A DNA stretch of 63,370 nucleotides, filler included, from Folioceros fuciformis (lineage: Eukaryota): the NCBI GenBank assembly GCA_049999805.1. It is 5 parts of 5 records of this genome, joined end to end, with 100 filler letters (N's around TTAATTAATTAA, not from the genome) between each part and the next. Parts side by side here need not be neighbours in the genome. Positions count along the whole stretch, not along the records: positions 27,055 to 51,862 come from JBNGIO010004450.1; positions 51,963 to 55,711 come from JBNGIO010004454.1; positions 55,812 to 58,907 come from JBNGIO010004455.1; 2 more parts are not named here. One strand, given 5' to 3'. The position numbers were made by a program, and so were the translations under genes. The notes beneath the pieces were generated by a model. That model had not been told where the DNA came from and did no database searches. It saw nothing but the letters and a program-made list of their open reading frames with translations. Below, one piece after another: positions 47,001-59,007 of this stretch; within the stretch, counting starts at the first letter, position 1, and every line of letters begins with the position of its first letter.

Positions 47001-50000
47001 CCGCTTCTGCCCAATCCGATGGGCACGAGCCACTGCTTGTTCTTCATTTTTGGGATTTGGATCAGGGTCATATATCACAACAGTATCGGCAGACTGCAGG
47101 TTCAGGCCCCTACCAGCAGCCCTAATGCTGAGCAAAAAAATAAAACAATCTGACCCAGGCCGATTGAATTCCACAATTGCATCCTCCCGAGAATCTAAGG
47201 AGGTAGTACCATCAATCCTTCGATATGCAAATCGCCGCCACTGCAAATACTCCTCCAAAATATCCAACAATCTAGTCATCGTACTGAATAGAAGGACACG
47301 ATGACCGGTCCTGTGAAGTTTAACTAAGACCCTATCCAGAACCCATAGTTTTCCACAGGATCGGACAATACTTTCAGTAAGATGATAACCTCGTGGAGGA
47401 TAATTTAAGTACGGATGATTGCACACCTTCCTCAGCTCCATGCATTTGTTTTGAAGAGGTGCATATGCTCGTGCTGGTCGAGTGGAATTTCCTCCAGCAA
47501 GTCTCTGAGCCTCATCTTGAGGATCCAAGCGGATTGTTCCAGTTGCTTTCACCCAATCGTATATGGCTGCTTGGAAAGCTGACATCTTGCACTTCAAAAC
47601 TACAGAGACCTGTTTCCATAAGCCGGTACACACGGCAACACATTAGACGGCATTTACACACCATTCGCTGTATTCAAGACTTACAAAAAACCATGAAACT
47701 AACCCACCTTTGGAGGTAAAGAGCCCTCAACATCCTCAACTCGCCGTCGGAGCACAAAGGGCTCCAATATCTGGTGCAGCCTGTGTATGATAATTACTTT
47801 CTTCTCAGTCTCCAGCCAGTCATCTTCGTCATTCTGATTGGATGTATCCTTTTGAAATGGTTTTGAAAACCACTCATGGAAAGCTCGGCTACTGTCAAAC
47901 ACCTCAGGCAGTAGCAAGTTCAATAGAGACCAAAGTTCGTGGAGATCATTCTGAAGAGCAAACACACAAAAATAAGAACCCTCCCATATCCATGAACCTT
48001 AGCCATGAGTAAGCATGCAAGCACTTATCACAGATTTTCACCTGTAACGGAGTGCCTGTAAGAAGCAATCGTCTTTGGCATCGAAATCGGTCCAAATCGC
48101 GTGCAAGACGGGATTCCCTGTCTTTCATACGCTGTGCTTCATCTATAATGATGTACTTCCAGTCGACCTTTGACAGTTTGGAGCGATCTCGCATGATAAA
48201 CTCATACGTAGTAACCAAGACGTTGAACTTCATGGCATTGACCTCCTGCAATTGCAACTTGATTTCAGAGATAACCACAGCTTTGATTTGAATGAACAAA
48301 TCAAACAAGTCCAGTGTGCTGTAGCTCTACAGTGCAAAAGCTTTGGCCACTGCAACAGTGGACCAACCTGCTGGTATATTTTTGAGCGTTGGTCCTTTAC
48401 ACCAACATAGAAAATACAAGAGACAGATGGCAGCCATCGCAGCAGTTCACTCTGCACAAAAGGAAACATTAGACCATGGGTGCGGTGTCTCTACCACTGT
48501 AGCAGAACCCCTGAGGCTTCGCAGGACCGGTACAAATACAGCATCCAAGTAGGTTATCTCATCGACATTTACCTTCCAATTTACAATTACAGCATTAGGC
48601 ACAATGATTAGATGAGGCCCATAGTTCCCCTTGAACTCCATGAGGTACGCAATCAGTGCCATTACCTGTGACAGGACAACAGAGGAGCGATGGGCACCAG
48701 AAAATACTGTCTATCCAGGTTCACACTGAACCATATCCATATACTCTAAATCACCAGCTACTATCAAAGATTAGTCTAAGGCACAATACAAAATGATCAG
48801 TAATGACCCATCAGGCGGAGTACTCGGAACTTGAGAGACTACACACACCTGCACAGTCTTTCCTAGGCCCATCTCATCAGCAAGGATACCATTCAATCGA
48901 TTATTGTACAATGAAAGCATCCACTGTAACCCCACCTGAGATCACCACCACAAAAATGAGCAACACATGCAATGCTGGGCTAAACTTGAAAGCGAACTTT
49001 GGCCAGAACCTCAGGAAATGTTGAGACCGCTTACAAGCTGATAATCACGTAAAGTGCCAGCCCGTAACATGGAAGGTTGCCTGGCGATATGCTCACTAAC
49101 AGCATGAGCCAGAGAATAATACCTGCAGACAGGTGAGAGACAACAAATAAGGCTATCAGCCAATGTGACTGACGTAGAGACATGTCAAAACCTTTGAAAC
49201 CATGTCCCCAACCTGACATATCTAAAGAGCTTACTTGTTTACAGACGTGTGCCTAGGTGTGTCTCCTTCGGAATCCCACCCTTTCGATGCAAACTGCTCC
49301 CCTGCACGGGTTGAAGCCTCCTGAACTTCCTCCTCTGAGAGGCCCTGCCCACGTGACCAGCCATTGTACACTACACATCAGCAAAGGCTTCAGAGTGGGA
49401 GATAACACAACCGCCGCCTGAACCAACGTCTACCTGAGCCCTGGCGGATGCAGCAGCTGCAAGTTTCGCTTCTTCCATCTCCTGAAGATTTTTCACAGCC
49501 GAAATCTTGCCACCTAGTTTATGAAGGTAGTCCTCTGTCTGTGACAAAAAAGAGGATAAAACCTCAAAGCGCTCGCCTGCATCACCCGGCATTTGTGTTT
49601 GTTGTTGAAACAACATTTGCCGATAGGCATCCACATCATTGTTCTTCAGAGCCTCCATTCTCTTGGTTCGGTCCTCATCCTTCTTCTTCGAGAACTCCCT
49701 TAGCATCCTCTCATGATACTTTGCAACCCCCCTGTTACGAGTAGTTCTTGCATCTCGAGTAGCCCACTGAGACTCCAGGAGCTTCTTTCTCCATTGAAGC
49801 AAAGACTTGAGCTGCTTATCTTTAGCAGCCCTCTGCTGAGCTATAACATGCCTTAGTAAATCTGCACGCTGTCTTTCACAAAGCCTGACAAACTTCCTGT
49901 ATGCCCTTTCCCCCATAGCCATGATCTCCTGCTGCTGGTCTTCCACGTCATCCCTTATTTTAGCTTGAAGATCCATTAAGCGAAGCTTTCGCTGTTCAAT

Positions 50001-51862
50001 ACGCAGCCTCACAACAAGATCTGACGATATTTGCCGACTCTCAGGGGAATTCAAAATTGCATCGATCTCAGACAGCTTCTCCACTCTCTTCTTTTCAACT
50101 ACTCTCAAGCCCTCCTCCAGCAACATCTCCCTCACACTGTATCCTAAACGGACAGGACCTCCCCAAAGGCCTGTTTGTGGGGCTCCGTCAGGCTTCCTTC
50201 CAACAAAAGGGTAGTCAAACAGAGGACCCTGATACCGAATACGCCCTTCTGCTAGAACCTTTGGCACAACAGGAGCTATGGGAGGAGCAGGGGAAAGGCT
50301 CAGAACATCCGCAGAGCTCCTGATGCCACCAACCTCAACCTTCACGTCTGGTGCAGGTACCTGAACCTTATTGACTTCAAATCTCTGATTCTGCCCCGCA
50401 TTCGGTACTGCAGCCTGATCAGGTCTCATCAACAAGGCCTGCGAAGTTGCCGGCTCAGACTTCACGATTCTGCTCATCGCTACTGGAAGCACTCCACCAT
50501 CCTGGCCCTTGGTGATGGCTGGGCCAGACGAGTACTTCTGGATCTCAGGATGAGAAACAGGAAACGACTGTTTTTGCTTTTCAGTGTCCGGCAGACCTTT
50601 CTTTTGTTCTCCCTCATCCTTCACGGTCTCAGTTGGCTTTGTGGCTGCTGTAGCAAACTGATGCTTGGCTACTACCACGGGCTTTTTATTCGCACCATCA
50701 ACTTTCGATGGCGCAGGGTGGACCTCATTTTGAGTTAGCGCAGAAGCAGGAGACCCAGCAGCGCGGTCATGTGACTGCCCCGAATTGGCACCTGAGGGTA
50801 CTCCAGCCAGTACTGGTGCCCGGGTATCACCTGAAAGTGACCAATCATTTGTTGGTCCTGTCAGAGGGGCTGGAGTGATGGATCGAAGAAGTTCTGCTTG
50901 GAGCGATTTGTCACCTCGCTGCCAAAGGACAGAAGTATGTCAGATACCAAACGGGAAAAGATGGAAGTCAAGTAGGAGAAAGGATTCAGCGAGTTAGCCC
51001 AATCAGACGTTGATATCATACTTTGATCCTCCGGAATGCCAAAATTTGAGAGCGCAACACTTGCAACTGTTGTCTAGTAAAGCCGTATCCGTGTTGCTGC
51101 TCCGGCACCGGCTGCTCATCTTGCTGCTGCTGCTTGAGTGACTGTGTCTGCCCGGGCAGCTTCTGGCTATTTGATGGCGCAGGAGGTGAATGTGATGGGG
51201 GCTGCTGCTCCTGATGCTTTGACAACTGCTGCTGCTGCTGCTTAGCCTGCTCCGGCTGCTTCGACCGCTGGGAGAATGGCTGGAGCTGATGGGGGAATTG
51301 CTGAGGCTGCTGCTGAAACTGTTGAGTATGCTGCTGGAATTGCTGCGGCTGTTGCGGAAACTGCTGGGCCTGCTGCTGATATAGCTGAGACTGTTGCTGA
51401 AACTGCAGGGAATGCTGCTGATGCTGCGGCGCAACATATTGATGCTGTGGTAGTTGTTGTAATGCTTGCTTATGGGCCTGCAGTTGGGCCTGGCGCTGAG
51501 CCTGTAACTGTAAGTGTTGCGCTTGCTGCTGCTGGGGCTGTGAGTGCTGCGCTTGTTGCTGCTGCTGAGCCTGTAGCTGTTGCGCTTGCTGCTGCTGCTG
51601 GGCCTGTAGCTGCTGGGCTTGCTGCTGCTGCTGGGCCTGTACCTGCTGCGCTTGCTGCTGCTGAGCCTGTAACTGCTGCGCTTGCTGCTGCTTGGCCTGA
51701 AACTGCTGCGCTTGCTGCTGCTGAGCCTGTAGCTGCTGCACTTGCTGCTGCTGGGCCTGAAGCTGCTGCACTTGCTGCTGCTGGGCCTGAAGCTGTTGCA
51801 CTTGCTGCTGTTGGGCTTGAAGCTGCTGCGCTTGATGCTGCTGCTGCGCCTGAAGCTGCTGG
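44021..51862 (-). CDS. BRM: SWI2/SNF2 chromatin-remodelling ATPase BRAHMA (QLQ, HSA, ATPase/helicase, bromodomain); 5' end lost at the scaffold end
   Basis: QLQ ([21 protein letters not shown]), HSA-like ([16 protein letters not shown]), [54 protein letters not shown], and a bromodomain ([12 protein letters not shown]...[12 protein letters not shown]). Confidence 0.96.
51520..51862 (-). repeat. 30-33-bp coding tandem repeat (QQQQ-A/V-QQLQA) in the BRM N-terminus, about 10 copies, running into the gap
   Basis: Repeated cagcagcagcaagYgcagcagctWcaggcY units. Confidence 0.9.
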
Positions 51863-51962
51863 NNNNNNNNNNNNNNNNNNNNNNNNNNNNNNNNNNNNNN
51901 NNNNNNTTAATTAATTAANNNNNNNNNNNNNNNNNNNNNNNNNNNNNNNNNNNNNNNNNNNN
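51863..51962. other. Artificial scaffold spacer N44-TTAATTAATTAA-N44
   Basis: Same linker as at 26955. Confidence 0.95.
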
Positions 51963-53936
51963 GGCAGCAACGGGGAGCGGGAAGAGTTGCCCAACAACGG
52001 GCTGAACGGCGGTGGCGGGGAGGACTGGATTGCCCAGTGACGGGCTAGACTCTACAGCAGTGAGGAGCAGGGACGATGCTGGCCAATCAGCCAGATGGCG
52101 GCGCGGCATGGATAGCGAGATTGGCGGGCTGAAATCGGAGCAGGCGCCGATTTCCAGCTAGTTGCAAGAGGATGGGCAGAGGTAGAAGGAGGGCACACGG
52201 GATCTAGGATGTGATCAGGCTAGAAATGGAGAGCAGGGCTGATTGGGCTGGGTTGGATGTGCACCGGGCTCTAGACAGCAGCACAGGGTTAGAAAGGATC
52301 AGCGTGACATTGCAACCTTGTTACGTGCAAAAGACCATCAAGATGCAAGTTCGTAAAACAAAAACCTTGATTCATTTGTTCAGTCTGCTATCAACTTTGT
52401 TTGATAGTGTTTTTCTCATAATGCATTGATTGTCAGCTGGTCTTAAGTTTCTTAGCAAACTATCAAAAGAATTCCCGTCCATTCTTTCCATACCTCTATA
52501 TACCCGTAACATTTCGTTGCCAACTACTTGGGTGAACATTCCCAACCAGTATAAACTGTCCACAAAGTTAACTAGTAGAATATCTGTGCCCACCAACTAT
52601 CGTTTCTTGATAAGTTTTCATTTACTAATTGCTTCTCTTGTCAAAAGGCGCTAGCACTATCTTCACCATGCATGTGTTTGCCAAGATTTGTCAACTTGTA
52701 CGATATTGCTTTGCACAACAAGTTCATACGAATGCAACGTTCTAGTAGACTTTCTAAGTCATGATAGAGGTCTTCAAGGATAATGACCACTGGGTCCACA
52801 TCCATGGCCAACCCTCCCTTACTTCCTCGAGCAAGGCTTGAAGGCAATGTCACCAATCAAAGAGTGCAGTATGATCGTTGGGCCCTGTGAGGGCAATGAT
52901 CAAAATTGGCCTTTTTGGATTGCTTAGGTCAACAACGTAGATACTATAACACCACAACCATCCCTTCTCCTATAATGGTGGGTAACAGAAAATATTATTG
53001 CCTTTTAAGGAAGATGTCTTTCAGAGGAGATATGCTTGTCGAGACAAATGGGGGGACTAGGAAATCCTAGCGCAACCATCAGCGAACAAAACTAGATTGA
53101 CTTATTATTTAAAAAACATTTATATTGGCATATGGATTCTCTTTGACACACGATAACATTCTACAACTACGGATATAGGAGGTCATCAGAACTAAGTCAT
53201 ATAAGCTGCAACACCAACCCTAGGTTATTGGGAGCGAAAGAGAGGACCAAATCAAACAGAAGGGGTCCATTATGGATATGAACATTAGCACTATTCCTCA
53301 AGCAATACGTGAAAATGTAGATGCTATTGACAACATAACAAAGTCCAAGTAGTANNNNNNNNNNTCAAAGATCAATATCTGGCTCTATCGCTAAGAGAAT
53401 AAGAGCAAGGAATCATGGGCACCATTAGTCACTATGAAGAATGCTTTCGCGGATAGGTTTGACGAAAGCCCAAAGCGACTGTTGAAGAGGAAGAGGAAGA
53501 AGAGAGTGCCTGACTAGCCGTGTCTTTGAATTGCCTTGAGTTTCATAGTATGTTACCATGGTATTAGATACATAGTGTGCACTTGGGTGCACATAAGTGC
53601 ATGCCCCAACTACCTGTAGGTTTTGTATGTTAGAATCCCATGGTTTGAAATTAATCTGACACAAGCAAAAAAACAAAGGTTTTTTAGAACAAAAGAATAT
53701 AAAAGGAAACATTACTATCATCATCATCACCACCATAATAATAATAATAATAATAATTCTTCCTTGGACCTTTAAAACCCATACACTTATAAGAAAAATC
53801 TAATAGTTTCATATTAATAAAACAAATACCTTGGATATCGAGAACGCCTAAATGTTGAGTCTTCTATATATGCTTATGTGTCGAATGTCGTACATCCAAT
53901 CATTTGATTTCATTCACTATAGAATTCCAAGTGGAT

Positions 53937-54289
53937 ATGGATTCGATCCCAAGGCTTAGAGCAAACATCACTAAAATCATCCACCATGGCCATCACCATG
54001 GTGACGACTGTCCAATGTGCAGCATTTGCTTAGATTCCATTAAACAACAACAAGAGATCATTAAGATAAATGCATGCTATCAGAGATTTTCCATGCAAAG
54101 TGTATCACTCCATGGTTAGTTAATTGTACTCGAACTTGCCCTAATTGTAGAGTGCAGATATTTGAAGATCATGATATCATTGATCAAGTGCAAAACAATA
54201 ATGAGCATGAAGAAACATTAATAAACGTATATTTCCCACTCGTGTCTATTGTTTACATTTGTTGTTTTGTCTTGTTACGTTATTTGTAG
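53937..54289 (+). pseudogene. Frameshifted RING-H2 E3 ligase-like gene with a hydrophobic C-terminal tail
   Basis: CSICLDSI..EIIKINAC in one frame and IFHAKCITPWLVNCTRTCPNCR in another; the frameshift lies at cagagatt (~54080-54087). Confidence 0.75.
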
Positions 54290-54301
54290 CAGTCTAAGAG
54301 A

Positions 54302-54404
54302 GGGTTACAAAGGAGGCATGGGAGAGAAGATTGGGTTACAAAGGAGGCNNNNNNNNNNATGGGAGAGAAGATTGGGTTACAAAGGAGGCATGGGAGAGAA
54401 GATT
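54302..54404. repeat. 31-bp tandem repeat (gggttacaaaggaggcatgggagagaagatt), collapsed around a 10-N gap
   Basis: Read directly from the sequence. Confidence 0.85.
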
Positions 54405-55552
54405 GTTGCGTGCAATAAAATCACACTTCATATATGAACTTGTTGCAAGAGCTCGTAGTGTATGTGAAAAGGGGAGATGGGCTGCCTTGTGTACATAGTT
54501 TAATGCTCTCTACCACACCAACAATCGTTGAAATGCTTAGTGTTGGACCATACAAGGTAGTTTTATAAGTTTGAACTTGCTGTGCACTCGTAGCTTTTGC
54601 TAATAGTTATGTGTTAGATTAATGAATATGAGATAAACTCCAATTATGTAGTTGTAACTCTAAGTCCACATATGAACCAAATTTGCATGCCGAGTAGAAC
54701 TCAGTTCACAACCACGCTAGCCTCCAATGGCTACAATGCCCTTGTTGGTTTGCTCTGCTCACATGCCTCTAGCCGAGGCCATGCTAGTGGCACCACCATT
54801 CTGCCTCTCATAGTGCAGCAGTCTCCATCCTCCTCCTCTTTGCGATCCTAAGACTAGGCTATGATCCACCTCCCCTTCTTGCAGCGATCTGGGTTTGAAA
54901 GGAGCTGCGTGACACACGCAGCTTGGTGAGTTAGTAAGTTACGCCATGAAATGCAACACTGGAATCAAAGGCATTGAAAACGGTCTTCATCCTAGCTCCC
55001 AATTCCATAGAACACAAAAACAGGGTTTGAGCTACCTTCCCCAAGTTACAGCGCTGCGCGGCGCAACTTTAACAACTACTGACTTCTGCCCTGGTTGCCT
55101 CTTTTGCCTAGCACCAGCCATCTTCACCGTCTAGCGTCCAGCTAAGTTGGCTTCACGCCCTTGCATCAGTGCTGCTCCTTCCATGATGCCTTGCTAGTAT
55201 ACCCTAAATTCTGTTGTTTTCCCACGTTGGACAGCAGGGTTACACCAACAACAAGTTGGGAAATACCCAACATGTGTTCCAACTCAACTTGCCTAAAAAC
55301 ATGTAGCTATTTTTAAGCTAGTTTGCAAAATATCTAGATAAGCTAGGTTCATTTATCCTAAGCATTCGTTTACTTAAGACATATATTTGCTATCCTATTC
55401 TAAACAACATTGGGTGAGGGTTTCTTAACTAATCGGCGGTCACCTTCATGACAAGGGTCAATTGTGTTGTTTCAAGTCCCAAATCCCTCATTTAACAAAG
55501 AAGCATTTCTATTTTTATGTAATCTCTATTGAACAAATCTTCACGTGTCGCT

Positions 55553-55711
55553 TGGTTGACTTACTATTACTCATCATCACTGTCAACATTCCACGTCTCA
55601 AAACTAAGTTGATTCAAGTCTATATGGTTGACTTACTATTACTCATCATCACTGTCAACATTTCATGTCTCAAAACTAAGTTGATTCAAGTCTATATGGT
55701 TGACTTACTAT
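55553..55711. repeat. 72-bp tandem repeat, at least 2.2 copies, running into the scaffold end
   Basis: Copies start at 55553, 55625 and 55697. Confidence 0.9.
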
Positions 55712-55811
55712 NNNNNNNNNNNNNNNNNNNNNNNNNNNNNNNNNNNNNNNNNNNNTTAATTAATTAANNNNNNNNNNNNNNNNNNNNNNNNNNNNNNNNN
55801 NNNNNNNNNNN
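55712..55811. other. Artificial scaffold spacer N44-TTAATTAATTAA-N44
   Basis: Same linker as at 26955. Confidence 0.95.
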
Positions 55812-55912
55812 TAGAGAAAACATGCTGCGGTATATACAATAATACTAGGATTGGGATAATCATTTAACAAAACGCTCTTCACAAACCTAAGGGAATCCAA
55901 TTCGTTCGACAA

Positions 55913-55987
55913 ATGAATTTGTTGAGTTCAACTTCATATGAGTTTGTTGAGTTCAACTTTGGATGAATTTGTTGAGCTCAATTTCAG
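55913..55987. repeat. 3 x 25-bp tandem repeat with a quasi-palindromic core (ttgagYtcaa)
   Basis: atgaatttgttgagttcaacttcat / atgagtttgttgagttcaactttgg / atgaatttgttgagctcaatttcag. Confidence 0.8.
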
Positions 55988-56929
55988 ATCATCAAACAGA
56001 ATTCAACGTCATTGAGTTCAATGCATCGAATGGAACCTTCATAGTACTATGAAAAAAGAAGGTACCATCGTCACAAGTTTTGTGAAATTTATGCACCTCT
56101 TGCACGCATGAGTCATTGTGGGTAGTGCTAATTTTGAGACTAGGAAGCTACTTCATGAGTAGACGAGAGAACAAAGACCTATAATCTCATGCTAAACTTT
56201 GCGTTGCATGCTTGCTTGTGATCGACACAACAAGCCATGAGTCCTTCACAAATTTGCTGACAAGTTCTCTAATCAATTACCTTCATGGGTGTTCCTGAAC
56301 AAGAGTAGATAACAAGTAATGCCTTCAAGTAACCAACAAGGTATGTGTGAACAAATATTGTAATGAAAATGTATTATCAACCATCTTTTGAGCTTAATTT
56401 TTTATGAGAAAGTATAAATACCTTTAATATTATTTGTATCAAATATTTAGCTTAAATTAAAAATATCTAGAGTACGAGGCCTAACCACTTTGAAAATTAA
56501 AATAAGAGGTTCGATTAGAATTACTAAGTGATTTAAAAATATTATTGGTAGAACCTTCTTATAATTTTTGAAGCGCTCATAGGTGCAACCATCAATTCCA
56601 GAATTCGTGTCACTATCCGGCGGGTATGTGAAGACTGGGCTAGCTAGCTAGGGCTTCTTACATCTAGGTCTGCAGGTTGCAGCTCACTAACGCCTACGGC
56701 TTCGACGCACTGGCATGAGGATGCTTGTGCGAACAGCCTGCTAAATCTGGAGATAGTCAGGTTTGTGTCGCCTCTGGACTGCTGCCTGCAGACGTGCACT
56801 TGGCTTGGTTCTTGTTGGGAGTCCGTGAAGCTAGAAATTATGTGCATGGTGTGGGTTTGGATGTGCACGTCTGGTTTGTGAAGTGACGGGGGTAGATGCT
56901 GGTTGCAGGGCATTTGAAGGTTGGTGAAA

Positions 56930-58194
56930 ATGCCGCCCAAAGCCTCGAAGGAGCCAGTTCAAGAGCGCCCAATTTTGGGACGCTTTTCATCGCACTTGAA
57001 GATAGGGATCGTGGGTTTGCCTAATGTCGGCAAATCAACGTTGTTCAACACTCTGACCAAGCTGTCCATCCCGGCAGAGAATTTTCCCTTCTGCACCATC
57101 GACCCCAATGAAGCTCGTGTGAATGTTCCGGACAGTCGATTCGAGTGGCTGTGTCAGTTGTTTAAGCCGAAGAGTGAGGTGTCCGCTTTTCTGGAGGTGC
57201 ACGACATCGCAGGGTTGGTCCGGGGGGCTAATGAGGNNNNNNNNNNNNNNNNNNNNNNNNNNNNNNNNNNNNNNNNNNNNNNNNNNNNNNNNNNNNNNNN
57301 NNNNNNNNNNNNNNNNNNNNNNNNNNNNNNNNNNNNAACAGCTTTTTGTCCCACATACGAGCTGTGGATGGTATTTTTCATGTTTTGAGAGCGTTCGATG
57401 ATCCGGACATTGTGCATGTGGAGGACACGGTGGATCCGATCAGAGATGTGGAGCTGATCCACCAGGAACTGCGGCTGAAGGACATCGAGTTTGTGCAGAG
57501 AAGGTTAGAGGAACTGGAAAAGGTCTTGAAACGGAGTAATGATAAGCAGAGCAAGATTGAATTCGAGTTTTGTCAGAGGTTGCTTGAGTGGATTCAGGCT
57601 GGAAAAGATGTTCGGTTCGGGGACTGGAAGGCCGTGGAGGTTGAGATTTTGAACACTCTGCAGTTGCTGTCTGGGAAACCTGTTGTCTATCTCATAAATC
57701 TGACTGAGAAGGACTATCAGAGGAAGAAGAACAAGTGGCTAGCCAAGATCCACACTTGGGTGCAGGAACATGGTGGTGAAACCATCATTCCCTTCTGCGG
57801 TGCTCTGGAGCAGAAGCTTGCAGACTTGGAACCTGCGGAAGCTGCTAAGTATCTGCAAGACAATCAGCTTCAGAGCGCCTTGCCCAAGATTATAAAAACG
57901 GGATTCTCTGCGATCAACCTCATCTATTTCTTCACAGCTGGCCCAGATGAGGTTAAATGTTGGCAGATTCGGAAGCAGTCCAAAGCTCCACAAGCCGCTG
58001 GCGCCATTCACTCTGATTTTGAGAAGGGCTTTATCTGTGCCGAAGTCATGAAGTTTGATGACCTTCAAGAGCTTGGGTCCGAGTCAGCTGTGAAGGCTGC
58101 TGGGAAGTACAAGCAGGAAGGTAAGAACTACATCGTGCAGGATGGGGATATCATCTTCTTCAAGTTCAACGTCTCAGGGGGTGGCAAGAAGTGA
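56930..58194 (+). CDS. OLA1: Obg-like ATPase 1 (YchF/OLA1)
   Basis: MPPK...[88 protein letters not shown]-gap at 57237-57336. Confidence 0.96.
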
Positions 58195-58907
58195 GTGTGG
58201 AATCTCTCTTTTGGAAGGGGTTCCATCCAGCTAGAATCTCGTTGCCGCACAATAGACAATTCTCTTTAAGGCGGAAGAACCGCCGGATTCTTTTTGCCCA
58301 CACGTGTATGCCGGAGGTGATGTTTTTTTCCCGGCCAGTGATGGAAATTCTGCTCTGCCACCACCTCCATCAAAGATGTACCCAGCGGGACTTAGCTGTC
58401 GCCGTCAATACCATACTGCCACTTAGAACTAAAACAAAAGCCAAGTCCCGTCATCTCGAAGACGCTACCACAGCTAAGAATGACGCGATTCTACGTGAAG
58501 TTTATCCTAATACAAAAGCCTCCAGGCGCTTCAACCGTTCCNNNNNNNNNNNNNNNNNNNNNNNNNNNNNNNNNNNNNNNNNNNNNNNNNNNNNNNNNNN
58601 NNNNNNNNNNNNNNNNNNNNNNNNNNNNNNNNNNNNNNNNNACAGTGGAAGATCAAGGCCTTTACCAATCTCCAAACCTACGAGCTGTAGAATCCCTTTT
58701 TGAGTAAACTGTGAACAAGGTACAGTGTCAGAACAGCACGAGGACGTCATCCACAACTATCGCCAGAAAACTCACGACTTGCACAAATTACCAATTCAAC
58801 AAACAAGATGCCGAAAATGCCGATCATGGCAGCTCGTGAATTCCAAACTTCCGCATTCTCCGTAAATCCCCAGAACGACACCGGCAGCCTGGGCTGCTCC
58901 TTGGGAG

Positions 58908-59007
58908 NNNNNNNNNNNNNNNNNNNNNNNNNNNNNNNNNNNNNNNNNNNNTTAATTAATTAANNNNNNNNNNNNNNNNNNNNNNNNNNNNNNNNNNNNN
59001 NNNNNNN
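58908..59007. other. Artificial scaffold spacer N44-TTAATTAATTAA-N44
   Basis: Same linker as at 26955. Confidence 0.95.

Noticed and set aside
51276-51914. Ala-rich plus-strand ORF
   Set aside because: Reverse complement of the BRM CAG repeats.
52372-53736. Minus-strand coding-like fragments in piece 3
   Set aside because: Interrupted by stops and not assignable to any family from sequence alone.
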